DNA of 64,000 nt, taken from positions 1 to 64,000 of IMG/VR virus record IMGVR_UViG_2786546133_000001; one strand, 5' to 3'. This document shows, in pieces, positions 1 through 8,849 of the stretch; positions within the stretch are counted from its first letter, which is position 1, and each line of letters begins with the position of its first letter. A program made the position numbers and the translations under genes. Under the pieces are notes generated by a model. It saw nothing but the letters and a program-made list of their open reading frames with translations, was not told the DNA's origin and searched no databases. This stretch comes from a virus. Lineage: Duplodnaviria; Caudoviricetes.

Positions 1-1647
1 CTACGCCGCTTCGCCTGCGCCGTCCTCCCCTTCGTCGGCGTCGCCCTCGACCGGCTCGACCGGCTCAGCCGGCTCGCTCGGCACGTCGCGCCGGGCGCGC
101 GGGACCAGCCCCGCGGCCTTCTCCGCGATCTCGCGGTCGGTCTCCTCCAGCAGCTCCGTGTACGTGTCCGACGTGAGCTGAATCGTCGAGTGCCGAAGCA
201 CCTTCTTGACGGCGTGGATGTCGCCGCCGCCGGCGTGCACGAGCGTCGCCGCGAGGTGGCGCAGGTCGCGGAGGTTGATCGGCGGCAGACCGGCCCGCTT
301 GTAGATCCGCCGGAACTCGTCGCTGACCTTCTCCGGGTGCAGCCACGTGCCGTCGACGTCGGTGAAGACCTTCCCCGTGTCGGTCCAGTCGGCGACGTCC
401 TTCCCCTTCGCGCGCTCGGCGGCGGCGTGCCGGTTCCAGTCGTCGCGCTCGGCGAGCTGCCGGGCGCGGTGCTCGCGCAGGACGGCGACGTTCAGGGAGT
501 CGAGCGCGATCGTCGTCGCCGACTCCTCGGTCTTCGGGTCGTCCTCGTACACCTCCCAGTTGTCGACGACGAGCGCCTTCGCCGGGGTGATGAGCCGGGC
601 GTCCAGGTCGACGTACCGCCAGGGCTGCCCGACGCCCTCGCCGCGGCGCAGACCGCGGAACGCGATCAGGTGGTAGAACGCGTACAGCCGGCTCGACTCG
701 GCCTCGTCGAGGAACACGCCGAGCTGCTCGGGCGTCCACACCATGACCGCGCTCGGCTTCTCGCCGGTCTGCCGCCAGTGCTCGACGTGCTGCGGCGTCC
801 ACAGCTTCGCCTTCGGCCGCTTGCCCGACTCCAGCTCGACCCACTCGGCCGGGTTGAAGGTGATGTACTGCTTTCGGATCGCGGCGTTCAGCGCGGCCCG
901 CAGCGTCGCCCGGATCCGCTGTTTCGTCGCCGGTCCGGTGACCTTGCGGTACGGCGGCATCGCTGCCAGCCGCTCGCGCTCGACGGCCAGGCGGGCCGAC
1001 ACCTCCGCCGACGGACGTCCGCCCTTGGTGCCCGGCCGCCACTTGCAGCGCGCTTCCTGCTCGTGCCGCTCGGCGTTCTGCGCGCGGATCACTTCGTTCT
1101 CGTCGTCGATCGCGTCGAAGAACGCCTGTGCGTGCGCGACGTTGAACCGGTCGAGCCGGTAGTGACCGACGCCCGGCCCGAGGTGCACGCGGATGTGTGA
1201 GGCGTACCCGCTCGTCGTGCGCCGCTTCGTCTTCTTCGCGGCGACCCACGCTTCGAGCCACTCCCCGACGGTCATGTCACTGCGCAGTGCGACGCCGCCG
1301 GCCAGGCGCCGCTTCACCTCGGCAGCGTCCGGGATCGGCGCGCGGTCGCTCTGGACCTGGAGCAGCAGGGCGCCGACCTGGTGCCCGTAATGCTCGTCGT
1401 CGCCGACGAGATCGAGGATCGCCCGGATCTTGTCGAGGTCCCCGTTAGCGTCGGTCACCGTCTTGTACCCGGCCCGGCGGAAGATCTGGCGTGTGCCGTC
1501 GGCCGCCGCCGGTAGTTCCTGCCGCAGCTGATACTTCCCGTGGCTGCGCTTGCTGAGCTGCGGGCAGTCGTTCCCGAGCCGGGCGCCGTCCTCTCCCCGG
1601 CATTCGCAGCGTCTCGTGATGCTTCCGGCGCGGCGTGCCCCCGCCAT
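1..1647 (-). CDS. int: Tyrosine recombinase / phage integrase
   Basis: 548 aa with catalytic motifs GLRRGE, LRDLRH and LRHSTIQLTSDTY; TAG stop at 1-3. Confidence 0.95.
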   Translation of the reverse strand: MAGARRAGSITRRCECRGEDGARLGNDCPQLSKRSHGKYQLRQELPAAADGTRQIFRRAGYKTVTDANGDLDKIRAILDLVGDDEHYGHQVGALLLQVQSDRAPIPDAAEVKRRLAGGVALRSDMTVGEWLEAWVAAKKTKRRTTSGYASHIRVHLGPGVGHYRLDRFNVAHAQAFFDAIDDENEVIRAQNAERHEQEARCKWRPGTKGGRPSAEVSARLAVERERLAAMPPYRKVTGPATKQRIRATLRAALNAAIRKQYITFNPAEWVELESGKRPKAKLWTPQHVEHWRQTGEKPSAVMVWTPEQLGVFLDEAESSRLYAFYHLIAFRGLRRGEGVGQPWRYVDLDARLITPAKALVVDNWEVYEDDPKTEESATTIALDSLNVAVLREHRARQLAERDDWNRHAAAERAKGKDVADWTDTGKVFTDVDGTWLHPEKVSDEFRRIYKRAGLPPINLRDLRHLAATLVHAGGGDIHAVKKVLRHSTIQLTSDTYTELLEETDREIAEKAAGLVPRARRDVPSEPAEPVEPVEGDADEGEDGAGEAA

Positions 1648-1764
1648 GGTCCCTCCCTGTCGGCTGCACGGTGCTCGCCCCTGAGCGGGCCGCGTCCACG
1701 CCCCGGCAGCCGTTCCAAGCTAGCGACTCATGTTGTGCAGTGACAACCCGTGTCGTACCCTGAC

Positions 1765-1794
1765 GCGCAGTGCTGCGCCGTGTTGCGCAGTGTA
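1765..1794 (+). promoter_or_regulatory. 10-bp-period direct repeats (GCGCAGTGCT/GCGCCGTGTT/GCGCAGTGTA) in int-xis intergenic region
   Basis: Same GCGC(A/C)GTG unit recurs at 4475-4494 and 38552-38571. Confidence 0.55.
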
Positions 1795-1824
1795 GTCCTA
1801 GATGCGCTGTACGGGAGTGACGCG

Positions 1825-2082
1825 ATGCCCCAGGAACCGAGCCCCGAGGCACGGCCAATGACCATCGGCGACCTGCTCGCCCTGCCGCCGACCGTCGACG
1901 TCGAGACCGCCGGGCGGGCGTTCGGCATCGGCCGCAGCGTGGCCTACCAGCTCGCCCGGACCGGCGAGTTCCCCTGCAAGGTCCTGCGCGCGGGCCGCTC
2001 GTACCGCGTCGTCACGGCGGATCTGCGCCGCGTCCTCCAGGTCGCCGCGCCCGCCGACGACACGCAGGCCCCGGCCGCCTGA
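1825..2082 (+). CDS. xis: Excisionase / HTH DNA-binding protein
   Basis: LPPTVDVETAGRAFGIGRSVAYQLARTGEFP is typical of actinobacterial Xis; divergent from int; GGGAG RBS. Confidence 0.85.
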   Translation: MPQEPSPEARPMTIGDLLALPPTVDVETAGRAFGIGRSVAYQLARTGEFPCKVLRAGRSYRVVTADLRRVLQVAAPADDTQAPAA

Positions 2083-2122
2083 CGCGCACCTCACCCACCC
2101 ATCCGACAGGAGCGGAACACTC

Positions 2123-2485
2123 ATGAGACGACTCACGGCCGCCGCGGCGGCGACCGCCGCCACGCTGGCACTGATCGCCGCCGGCTGCGCGTCGAGCAGC
2201 GACGACGATGACGACTGCGACGCGACCGGCGTCGTGCAGGTCGACCGGCGCGGCACGCTCGACGCCGAGCTGATCGGCGCCGTCACCAGCAAGGGCGGCG
2301 GCGGGAAGAAGTCGAGCGGCAAGAAGTCGAGCGGCACGAAGGCCCGGAAGAAGTCGAAGGCCGACCTGGGCAAGCCCGCCCGGAAGGCCAGCCCGAAGCC
2401 GACGGCGTCCGGCAAGGTGAGCGGCTCGCACCGCACGCACCGCTCGCACGTCGACCTCGACGACTTCGACTGCGACGACGACTGA
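2123..2485 (+). CDS. Putative lipoprotein with Lys-rich segment
   Basis: Signal peptide MRRLTAAAAATAATLALIAAG|C; AGGAG RBS. Confidence 0.7.
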   Translation: MRRLTAAAAATAATLALIAAGCASSSDDDDDCDATGVVQVDRRGTLDAELIGAVTSKGGGGKKSSGKKSSGTKARKKSKADLGKPARKASPKPTASGKVSGSHRTHRSHVDLDDFDCDDD

Positions 2486-2637
2486 TGCCCGTCCTTCTCC
2501 GCTTCCTGCTGGGGACCGGCGGCGGTGCCGTCGCTGGTGCCGTGGCCGCCGCCGTCCCGCACTGGCGCCCTTACTGGTGGCTCGCCGCGCTCGTCGTCGC
2601 CTGCCTGATCTGGTTCGGCGAATACATCCTCGACTGA
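2485..2637 (+). CDS. Small membrane protein (50 aa, not in ORF track)
   Basis: TGATG overlap with upstream stop; MPVLLRFLLGTGGGAVAGAVAAAVPHWRPYWWLAALVVACLIWFGEYILD. Confidence 0.7.
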   Translation: MPVLLRFLLGTGGGAVAGAVAAAVPHWRPYWWLAALVVACLIWFGEYILD

Positions 2638-2710
2638 TCCCCGCCTCTCCGCGCCGGGGCCGGCCTGCGCTGACCGGCCCCGGTTCGCTCATCCCTGAAA
2701 GGCACCGCTC

Positions 2711-3034
2711 GTGACGCGCAGCCCTGAAGACTTCGCCCGCCTGTACGACGGCGGGCTCTCGATACGCGGCGTCGCCGCCGAGACCGGCACCTCGTACAAC
2801 CGCGCCCGCCGTCTGCTGCAAGACGCCGACGTGACGTTCCGCCGACCGGCGCGCAGCCCCGAGACCCTCGCGCTCGCCGACGACTGCGCCCGCCTGTACG
2901 AGCGCCTGCGCAGCATTCGCGCCGTCGCTGCTCGCGTCGGCTACTCCTACCGGTACACCCGCGACCTGATCCTCGACGGCGGCGCCGAACTGCTCGACCA
3001 CGCCGGCCGCCCCCGGAAGGCGGCGGCATGCTGA
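2711..3034 (+). CDS. Tandem helix-turn-helix protein
   Basis: Two repeats, ARLYDGGLSIRGVAAETGTSY and ARLYERLRSIRAVAARVGYSY. Confidence 0.8.
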   Translation: MTRSPEDFARLYDGGLSIRGVAAETGTSYNRARRLLQDADVTFRRPARSPETLALADDCARLYERLRSIRAVAARVGYSYRYTRDLILDGGAELLDHAGRPRKAAAC

Positions 3035-3462
3035 GCGAAGCCGAGCTCGGCGAGCTGACCATGCAGGCGCTCGCCCTGGCCGTCGACGGCGACGGGGACG
3101 GCGCCGCCCGCCTGGTGTGCGAGATCGGCGAGAAGTCCGGCCGCGACCAGTTCGGCGTGTACGCCGCGTGCTGCGGGTTCGCCGAGGCCGCCCGGCAGAT
3201 GCTCGTGAAGATCTACGGCGACCGCGCGCCCGACCTATCCAAGGGCGAGCAGTGGGCCATGGCCCAGATCCCCGGCCTGCGCGCCGACGCCTCCGACCTG
3301 TTCGCGCTGCGGTTCATCGTCGCGTACGCCAACGACGACCGGCCGACGGCGCTCGCCCTGTGGCGGGCCGCCGTCCACGCGAGCAATGACGAGTACGTGT
3401 CGTCGGTCGCCTCCGTCCTCGCCGCGGCGGCGAGTCTCACCAGAACGGCGAACAACCTGTGA
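3028..3462 (+). CDS. Hypothetical protein
   Basis: Overlaps upstream stop; GC3-biased codons. Confidence 0.75.
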   Translation: MLSEAELGELTMQALALAVDGDGDGAARLVCEIGEKSGRDQFGVYAACCGFAEAARQMLVKIYGDRAPDLSKGEQWAMAQIPGLRADASDLFALRFIVAYANDDRPTALALWRAAVHASNDEYVSSVASVLAAAASLTRTANNL

Positions 3463-3659
3463 CCCGTCCCGAAGGACCGCCGGCTGAGCGCGGCGGCCGA
3501 GACCTCGTGATCGAGGCCGTCATCCAGGCCGGCGGCCTCGGGTGGCGAACGATCTCCCTGAGCCGGCTTCGGCGCCTGGCCGAGGGCGACGCGACGGCGC
3601 TCCCGCTCGGGAAGCCGACCCCGGCCACCGCGCCGACGACCGAGGAGGCGACCCGTTGA
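3459..3659 (+). CDS. Hypothetical protein
   Basis: GTGA coupling to upstream gene. Confidence 0.6.
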   Translation: MTRPEGPPAERGGRDLVIEAVIQAGGLGWRTISLSRLRRLAEGDATALPLGKPTPATAPTTEEATR

Positions 3660-4075
3660 CCCGCTACTTCCACGGCGGCGTGCCCGGCCTCAAGCCGGGT
3701 GACCGGCTGCTGCCGCCCGACGTGACCGGCACCGAGCGCACGATCACCCGGCACGCGCACGAGCTCGGCGCGAGCACGGACCACGCCCGGACCGACCGCG
3801 TGTACGTCACGACCGGCCGCGACGTCGCGAAGGTGTACGCCGCCTTCTACCCCGACGGCGCCCTGTACGAGGTGCTGCCGGTCGACGACATGACCGCGGA
3901 TCCGGACTGCAAGGTCGACGGCGTCTCGTGGGCGTGCCCGGCGGCCGTCGTCATCGGCGTCGTCGACCCCGTGGTCCTGCTGCGCGACCGCTCGTTCGAC
4001 GCGTGGCTCCGGCTCATGAACCGGGCGACCGAGCGCGCCGCGGTGCAGGCGGCCGGCGAGGTGACCGGCCCGTGA
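3656..4075 (+). CDS. Arr-like (rifampin ADP-ribosyltransferase fold) ADP-ribosyltransferase
   Basis: TTG start after GGAGG; YFHGG..LKPGDRLLP...VYVTT....A..YA...LYEVLP....ADPD resembles the Arr pattern. Confidence 0.6.
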   Translation: MTRYFHGGVPGLKPGDRLLPPDVTGTERTITRHAHELGASTDHARTDRVYVTTGRDVAKVYAAFYPDGALYEVLPVDDMTADPDCKVDGVSWACPAAVVIGVVDPVVLLRDRSFDAWLRLMNRATERAAVQAAGEVTGP

Positions 4076-4221
4076 ACGACCCGCTCGCGCTGCTCGTCAT
4101 GGCCGTCGTCTTCGCGGTCGCCGTGGCCGCGATGTTCGCCTTCTCGTACTGGTGGACGCGGGTCTGTATCCGCGCGTACCGGCACGGGTGGCGCAACGCG
4201 TTCCGGAAGCCCGGCCGGTGA
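4072..4221 (+). CDS. Small membrane protein
   Basis: GTGA coupling; hydrophobic LALLVMAVVFAVAVAAMFAF. Confidence 0.65.
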   Translation: MNDPLALLVMAVVFAVAVAAMFAFSYWWTRVCIRAYRHGWRNAFRKPGR

Positions 4222-4424
4222 TCCACCTCGGGCTGTACCTGTTCGTCGTGCTGACCTGGGCGGCAGGCCTGCTCGGGCACGCGCCGCTGACCGGCCGCGC
4301 GGTGCGCCGTGCGCGCGCCTGGCGAGCCCGCAGTGCCGCTCGCGGGCATCGACCCGCCGGACCGCCTGAACGCGCCCCACAGGCGCCCGTACGGCGCTCG
4401 CCGTCCTGGTCACGCGACTGCTGA
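4218..4424 (+). CDS. Small membrane-anchored protein
   Basis: GTGA coupling; hydrophobic N-terminus, Arg-rich tail. Confidence 0.55.
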   Translation: MIHLGLYLFVVLTWAAGLLGHAPLTGRAVRRARAWRARSAARGHRPAGPPERAPQAPVRRSPSWSRDC

Positions 4425-4427
4425 CAC

Positions 4428-4461
4428 GAAAACCCCTGGTCACACGACTGGGGGTTTTCTT
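4428..4461 (+). terminator. Intrinsic terminator (possibly bidirectional)
   Basis: GAAAACCCCTGGTC-acac-GACTGGGGGTTTTCTT. Confidence 0.8.
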
Positions 4462-4474
4462 GTGCGCCTGGCGT

Positions 4475-4512
4475 GCGCAGTGTTGCGCCGTGCGGCCTCC
4501 ACTGCGTACTGT
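4475..4512 (+). promoter_or_regulatory. Putative promoter of replication operon with GCGCAGTG repeats
   Basis: GCGCAGTGTT/GCGCCGTG repeats then -10-like TACTGT at 4507-4512. Confidence 0.45.
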
Positions 4513-4561
4513 CGGCGACGCAGCAACGACCAACAAGCAACAGGTATCGGGAGGAACTCAC

Positions 4562-4837
4562 ATGCCCAGGCCCGTGGTCATCGACCACTGCCGCGCCGAG
4601 CGGCACCAGGTGCGCGGACGTCTCGCCGCCCTCACCCGCGTTCGCGAGCCCGGGGACCCCGACGTCGAGCGCGAGCGCCGTCGTCTCGCCGCCGTGAAGG
4701 CGAAGGGCCTTGTCCTCGCCGCCATGGACGAGCTCAAGGCCGCCACGAACCCCGCCGCACCGGACATGGAACTGCCCATGCAGTTCTGCCAGACGGCGGC
4801 CGACGAGATCACGCGCCGCCTGAGCGCCGACGACTGA
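4562..4837 (+). CDS. Hypothetical protein
   Basis: GGAGGA RBS, ATG at 4562. Confidence 0.7.
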   Translation: MPRPVVIDHCRAERHQVRGRLAALTRVREPGDPDVERERRRLAAVKAKGLVLAAMDELKAATNPAAPDMELPMQFCQTAADEITRRLSADD

Positions 4838-4898
4838 CGAAAGCACTCAGGACGCGCATGGACACCGACATCCCCGACGGCTGGGCGGAGGCACACCC

Positions 4899-5903
4899 GT
4901 GAGCTACTCGGGACACATCAGGCGTGGCCCCATGGCCGCCGACATCATCGGCGAGCACTTCACGCAGATCTACAACGAAGCGGTGCGCGATAAGCGGCTC
5001 AGCCGCCGTGCGCGCGGTTTGCTCGTCGAGATCCTCAGTCACCGTGACGGGTTCGGCATTTCTGTTCAGTCGCTCGTCGCCAACGGGCCCGAAGGACGCG
5101 ACGCGATCCGGAAGACGCTCGCCGAACTGGAAACGCACCACTACCTGAAGCGGCGACAGCTCAAAGACCCCGTCACGAACAGGTTCCTGGAATACGAGTA
5201 CGAAGTGACGGACATGCCCGACGGCTTGTCGCTCGGCGCTTCGGCCCCGTGGTCCGGAGAGGACGACAGCACGTCGGACCCGGAGACGGATTTTCAGGCG
5301 CCGGACGACGACCCGGAGACGCCTTTTCAGTCGCCGGAAAATCAGTCGCCGGAATTCCAGTCGCCGGATTTCCAGACGACGGGAAACACGACACATAAGA
5401 AGATCACTTCCAAGAACACCACCACACACAACACCAGCGACCAGAACGCTCGCGCGCTGCCGCCGGATGAAGTCCTGTTCGACGTAGCCGAGGAGATCCC
5501 GCCCGCTGACGCGGTCGGCGGCGAGCAGGCCGAGACGGTGTCGGCTCAGACGATCGTCGGCGAGTGGCTGGAGCGCTGCGCGAAGCGTCCGCCGCAGCGA
5601 ATCACGGGCCAAGTCGCGAAGATCGTCAAAGAGATGCTCGACGAGCGGATCGACCCCGACGACGTCCGCCGCGGCATGGCTGCGTGGATGACGAGCGGCA
5701 AGACCGCGCCGTCGCTGATCCCGGGCTTCGTGCACCAGGTGATGAACGGCCCCGCGCCGTCGACCGCGCTCGCCGCGAGCGGGCAGGTCGTGCCGTTCGC
5801 CCGCCGCCCGTCGACGACGGACCAGCGCGTACAGGACGCCCTCGACATCGGCCGCCGTCTTCAGGCCGAGGCCGACTCGCGCTCGCAGGAGTGGCAGTCA
5901 TGA
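4899..5903 (+). CDS. Phage replication initiator (lambda O-like, N-terminal winged HTH)
   Basis: FTQIYNEAVRDKRLSRRARGLLVEILSH...EGRDAIRKTLAELE; internal iteron-like repeats. Confidence 0.8.
   Translation: MSYSGHIRRGPMAADIIGEHFTQIYNEAVRDKRLSRRARGLLVEILSHRDGFGISVQSLVANGPEGRDAIRKTLAELETHHYLKRRQLKDPVTNRFLEYEYEVTDMPDGLSLGASAPWSGEDDSTSDPETDFQAPDDDPETPFQSPENQSPEFQSPDFQTTGNTTHKKITSKNTTTHNTSDQNARALPPDEVLFDVAEEIPPADAVGGEQAETVSAQTIVGEWLERCAKRPPQRITGQVAKIVKEMLDERIDPDDVRRGMAAWMTSGKTAPSLIPGFVHQVMNGPAPSTALAASGQVVPFARRPSTTDQRVQDALDIGRRLQAEADSRSQEWQS
5291..5450 (+). repeat. Iteron-like 15-bp repeats plus A/C-rich tract: putative replication origin
   Basis: CAGTCGCCGGA(AAAT/ATTC/TTTC) x3 at 5328-5372, degenerate copies at 5295 and 5373, then A-rich run. 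Confidence 0.65.
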
Positions 5904-6622
5904 GGGAGCCGATCACGTACGAGCAGGCGGCGGAGATCCTCGCGCTCGCTGCTGCCCGCGACCAGCGCACCGTGGGCAAGGCCGACGTGATCGCCTGGCA
6001 CGACGACCTGAACGCCGCCGGGGTGACGTTCGACGGCGCCAAGGAAGCGTTGACCGCGTTCTATGTCGAGCAGGCCAACGTGCGACCGGAAAGCCGCTTC
6101 CGGGCCACGACGCCGGACGTGATCCGCCTCGCCCGGAAACTCCGCGCCGAGCGCGTCGCGAACTTCGTGTACGAGCCCGTCGACCCGGACGAGACGGTGC
6201 CGCAGTTCCAAGCCCGGATGCGCGCGCAGCTCGAAGCGGTCGCCAGTGGCCGCGCGCCGTCGCCGCCGAAGCGGCTCGCCCTCGAGGGCGGTCCCGCACC
6301 GGCGGTCGCCGCCGCGATCCGCGGAGTGCTGCGCGGCGTGCCCGAGGACGACGAGCAGGACGGCGCGAGCAGCAGGCCACAGGTCGGCGCGATGACCGTC
6401 GAGTGTCCGCGTGCGGACTGCAAGGCGCGCATCGGTCAGCACTGCAAGAGGCCGAACGGCAAACCGCGGTCGGCTCCGCACCCGGCCCGCGTCGACGTCG
6501 CCAACGGCAGGCCGTACGACCCGGACGCCGAGCGCGCCGAAATGGAACGCCGCCGCGCTGCGAGCGCTGCCCTGCTCGCCAACGACGAACGCCCGCCTGG
6601 GGCTAACAGGCGGGCGGTCTGA
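5900..6622 (+). CDS. Putative helicase loader/inhibitor-like protein with C-terminal zinc finger
   Basis: ATGA coupled to initiator; AAEILALAAARDQR...VIAWHDDL; CPRADCKARIGQHC...H. Confidence 0.6.
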   Translation: MREPITYEQAAEILALAAARDQRTVGKADVIAWHDDLNAAGVTFDGAKEALTAFYVEQANVRPESRFRATTPDVIRLARKLRAERVANFVYEPVDPDETVPQFQARMRAQLEAVASGRAPSPPKRLALEGGPAPAVAAAIRGVLRGVPEDDEQDGASSRPQVGAMTVECPRADCKARIGQHCKRPNGKPRSAPHPARVDVANGRPYDPDAERAEMERRRAASAALLANDERPPGANRRAV

Positions 6623-6673
6623 GCGCCCATCACACCACATGCGGCACCGACCGCCCAACCCGCAAGGAGAATC

Positions 6674-7492
6674 ATGCAGTTCGACACTCCGGACAAGCTC
6701 CGCGACTTCCTGAAGCTGTGTCTCGACCCCGGCCCCGGCCGCGACAAGCGGACCCCGGTCCGGTTGCTCGAAGTCCTGCCGCCGCAGATGCACGACCAGC
6801 TGATCCGGCACGCGCCGCACCTGCGGCCCCTGCGGCACCGCGTCGACGCTCTCGCCGAGCAGCAGCACGCCGCGCACGACGAGTATGCCGACGCGCTCGC
6901 CGCGTGGATCCGCGGCGACGAGCAGCCGCCGGCCCGCCGGTCGCTGCCGCTGCTCGAAGCCGTGGCCGTCGCCTATGAGGCCGCCGTCGAGCACATCGAC
7001 GGCTGCTCGACCTGCCGCCCGGACATGCGGCTCGCCGAGATGTGCCCCGACGGGCAGGCCGCCGCCGTCGCCGGTCTCGACGCCGTCCCGGCCGCCGTCA
7101 CGGAGTGCGCGCACGAACATCCCGAGGACATGCGGACCGTCGGCGGCCGGGTCCTGCTGACGCGCTGCGGCGACTGCGGCGAGCGCCTGCCGTTCACCGC
7201 CGCCGAGATGAACGCCGCGCGGGTCGACGTCGCCGCGCTCGACGCCGAGTTCCCCGACGGCGACTGCGCGCATGTCGCCTGGGAGGTCACCAGCCAGGTT
7301 CCGACCGGCGACGGCGGGTGGCGGAAGTGCCGCAAGTGCTCGGACTGCGACGAGCCCCTCCCCGCGCTCGTCGAGCGCGAGCCGCACCCGTTCGACGGCG
7401 CCCGCCACGACCGGGCCGCCGACGCCGAGCCGGTCCGCGCCCACATCCCCGGCGACGAGAGCGAGATCAGCACGCGCGGGTGGACCGCGTGA
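6674..7492 (+). CDS. Hypothetical protein with several CxxC motifs
   Basis: AAGGAG RBS; CSTC, CGDC, CSDC. Confidence 0.75.
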   Translation: MQFDTPDKLRDFLKLCLDPGPGRDKRTPVRLLEVLPPQMHDQLIRHAPHLRPLRHRVDALAEQQHAAHDEYADALAAWIRGDEQPPARRSLPLLEAVAVAYEAAVEHIDGCSTCRPDMRLAEMCPDGQAAAVAGLDAVPAAVTECAHEHPEDMRTVGGRVLLTRCGDCGERLPFTAAEMNAARVDVAALDAEFPDGDCAHVAWEVTSQVPTGDGGWRKCRKCSDCDEPLPALVEREPHPFDGARHDRAADAEPVRAHIPGDESEISTRGWTA

Positions 7493-7812
7493 CCGGCGGC
7501 CGGCTGCTCGGCGCCGCCGTCCCGGTCTTCCTCCTGGCTGCCGCGGCGGTTCTCGTCGGGGCCGCGGTCACCCGCGCCGTGCTCAACCGGCGCGACCGCC
7601 GGAACGACCGGCCGCCGGCGGCTGGCTTCCTGCCGCTCGCCGTCCGCCGCCGCGTGAAGCGATGGAGGCACGCGCGCGAGTGGCGCCGCATCGAGGTCTT
7701 CACGTTCCAGTGCGCGCCGGTCCCGACCTGGTGCCGCATCCGCGCGTGGAACGACGCCGCGCACATCTGGCGGCGCCGTCCCGAGCGGCCCCGGAAGGAG
7801 ACGCGCCGGTGA
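7489..7812 (+). CDS. Membrane-anchored hypothetical protein
   Basis: GTGA coupling; hydrophobic N-terminus. Confidence 0.6.
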   Translation: MTGGRLLGAAVPVFLLAAAAVLVGAAVTRAVLNRRDRRNDRPPAAGFLPLAVRRRVKRWRHAREWRRIEVFTFQCAPVPTWCRIRAWNDAAHIWRRRPERPRKETRR

Positions 7813-8012
7813 CCGTCCTCGCCTGCCCCGGCTGCCCGGCGACTCGTCGCGTCGGTCAGTACCTGTGCCCGTCCTGCTGGGGCGCGCTGCCCGCCGCCGC
7901 CCGGCGCGCGCTCAATGAGCGCCGCAGCAGCGTCGCCATTCCTCGGCTGCGGCAGCTCCTCGACCAGCTCGCCGACGGCGTCCCTCCGCACGGAATCGAG
8001 ATAAGCCTGTGA
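7809..8012 (+). CDS. Small zinc-binding protein
   Basis: AAGGAG RBS; CPGC...CPSCW. Confidence 0.7.
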   Translation: MTVLACPGCPATRRVGQYLCPSCWGALPAAARRALNERRSSVAIPRLRQLLDQLADGVPPHGIEISL

Positions 8013-8440
8013 ACACCCACCGCCGCTACGCCCGCGCCCTCGCGGCCGGCTCCGCGCTGCTCGCCTTCGCCTCGGTCGCCGTCGCCGTCTGGTCCATCGC
8101 GACCTTCGGCCTCGACGACGGCGGATACCTGCTGCCGGTCGTCGCCTTCCTGTACGGCGCCGTCCTGCTCGCCTGGTGCTCGTCGCGGGAACGGATCGCC
8201 GCCCGCCGCGCCGCCGAGCCGGTCTGCTGCCCGCTGTTCCGCACCTCGGGCACCGTCCACGGCGGCGGCTGCCTGCGGCACGCCGCGCCGGTCGCCGAGC
8301 AGACCGACGACCGCGATCCGGGCCCGGCGCACGGCGGCCTGCCCTGCTACGGCGAGTTCGGCGACGTGCTGTGCGTCCGCCCGGCCGGTGACGGACACAG
8401 CGACCACTTCCCCTACTGGGCCACGTTGGGCCGCTCGTGA
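8009..8440 (+). CDS. Membrane protein (2 TM) with Cys/His-rich tail
   Basis: GTGA coupling; two hydrophobic segments. Confidence 0.7.
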   Translation: MNTHRRYARALAAGSALLAFASVAVAVWSIATFGLDDGGYLLPVVAFLYGAVLLAWCSSRERIAARRAAEPVCCPLFRTSGTVHGGGCLRHAAPVAEQTDDRDPGPAHGGLPCYGEFGDVLCVRPAGDGHSDHFPYWATLGRS

Positions 8441-8784
8441 CCGGCCAGGACTGGGCACGGATCGCCGTCGCGCTCGCGTGCATGTGGGTCGGTGGCTACG
8501 CGACCGGCCGGGGGCGCCCCGTGCGCGCGCTCGTCGCCTGGGCCGACTGGCACGTCTCGTACGCCTCGCGCTGGTCGCCGCGGTTCTGGCTCGCCGTGCC
8601 GGTCGTCGCCGTCGCCGCCTGCTGCCTGCTCGTCGTCCGGCCGCGCCGGTCGCTGCGGAACTGGCGAGCAGCGCGCGAGCGCGACCGGCGACGAGCGCTC
8701 GCGGCACACACACCGCTCCGCCTGCACGATCGGCGTGACCAGTGCGGACACACACAACACAAGGAACATGAGGGGGCAACTTGA
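8437..8784 (+). CDS. Membrane protein
   Basis: GTGA coupling; two hydrophobic segments. Confidence 0.6.
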   Translation: MTGQDWARIAVALACMWVGGYATGRGRPVRALVAWADWHVSYASRWSPRFWLAVPVVAVAACCLLVVRPRRSLRNWRAARERDRRRALAAHTPLRLHDRRDQCGHTQHKEHEGAT

Positions 8785-8821
8785 CAGTGCAACGTGAGAG
8801 TGCAACATTGTGTGTGTCAGC
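8781..8821 (+). promoter_or_regulatory. Conserved promoter/operator, copy 1 of 5
   Basis: TTGACA-GTGCAACGTGAGAGTGC-AACATT...GTCAGC (17-bp spacer). Confidence 0.8.
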
Positions 8822-8849
8822 GCACCGCACGACCCACGGGAGACACCGA

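Noticed and set aside
1-60. att site or tRNA next to the integrase
   Set aside because: Window begins at the integrase stop codon, so att would lie outside; no tRNA or rRNA recognised anywhere
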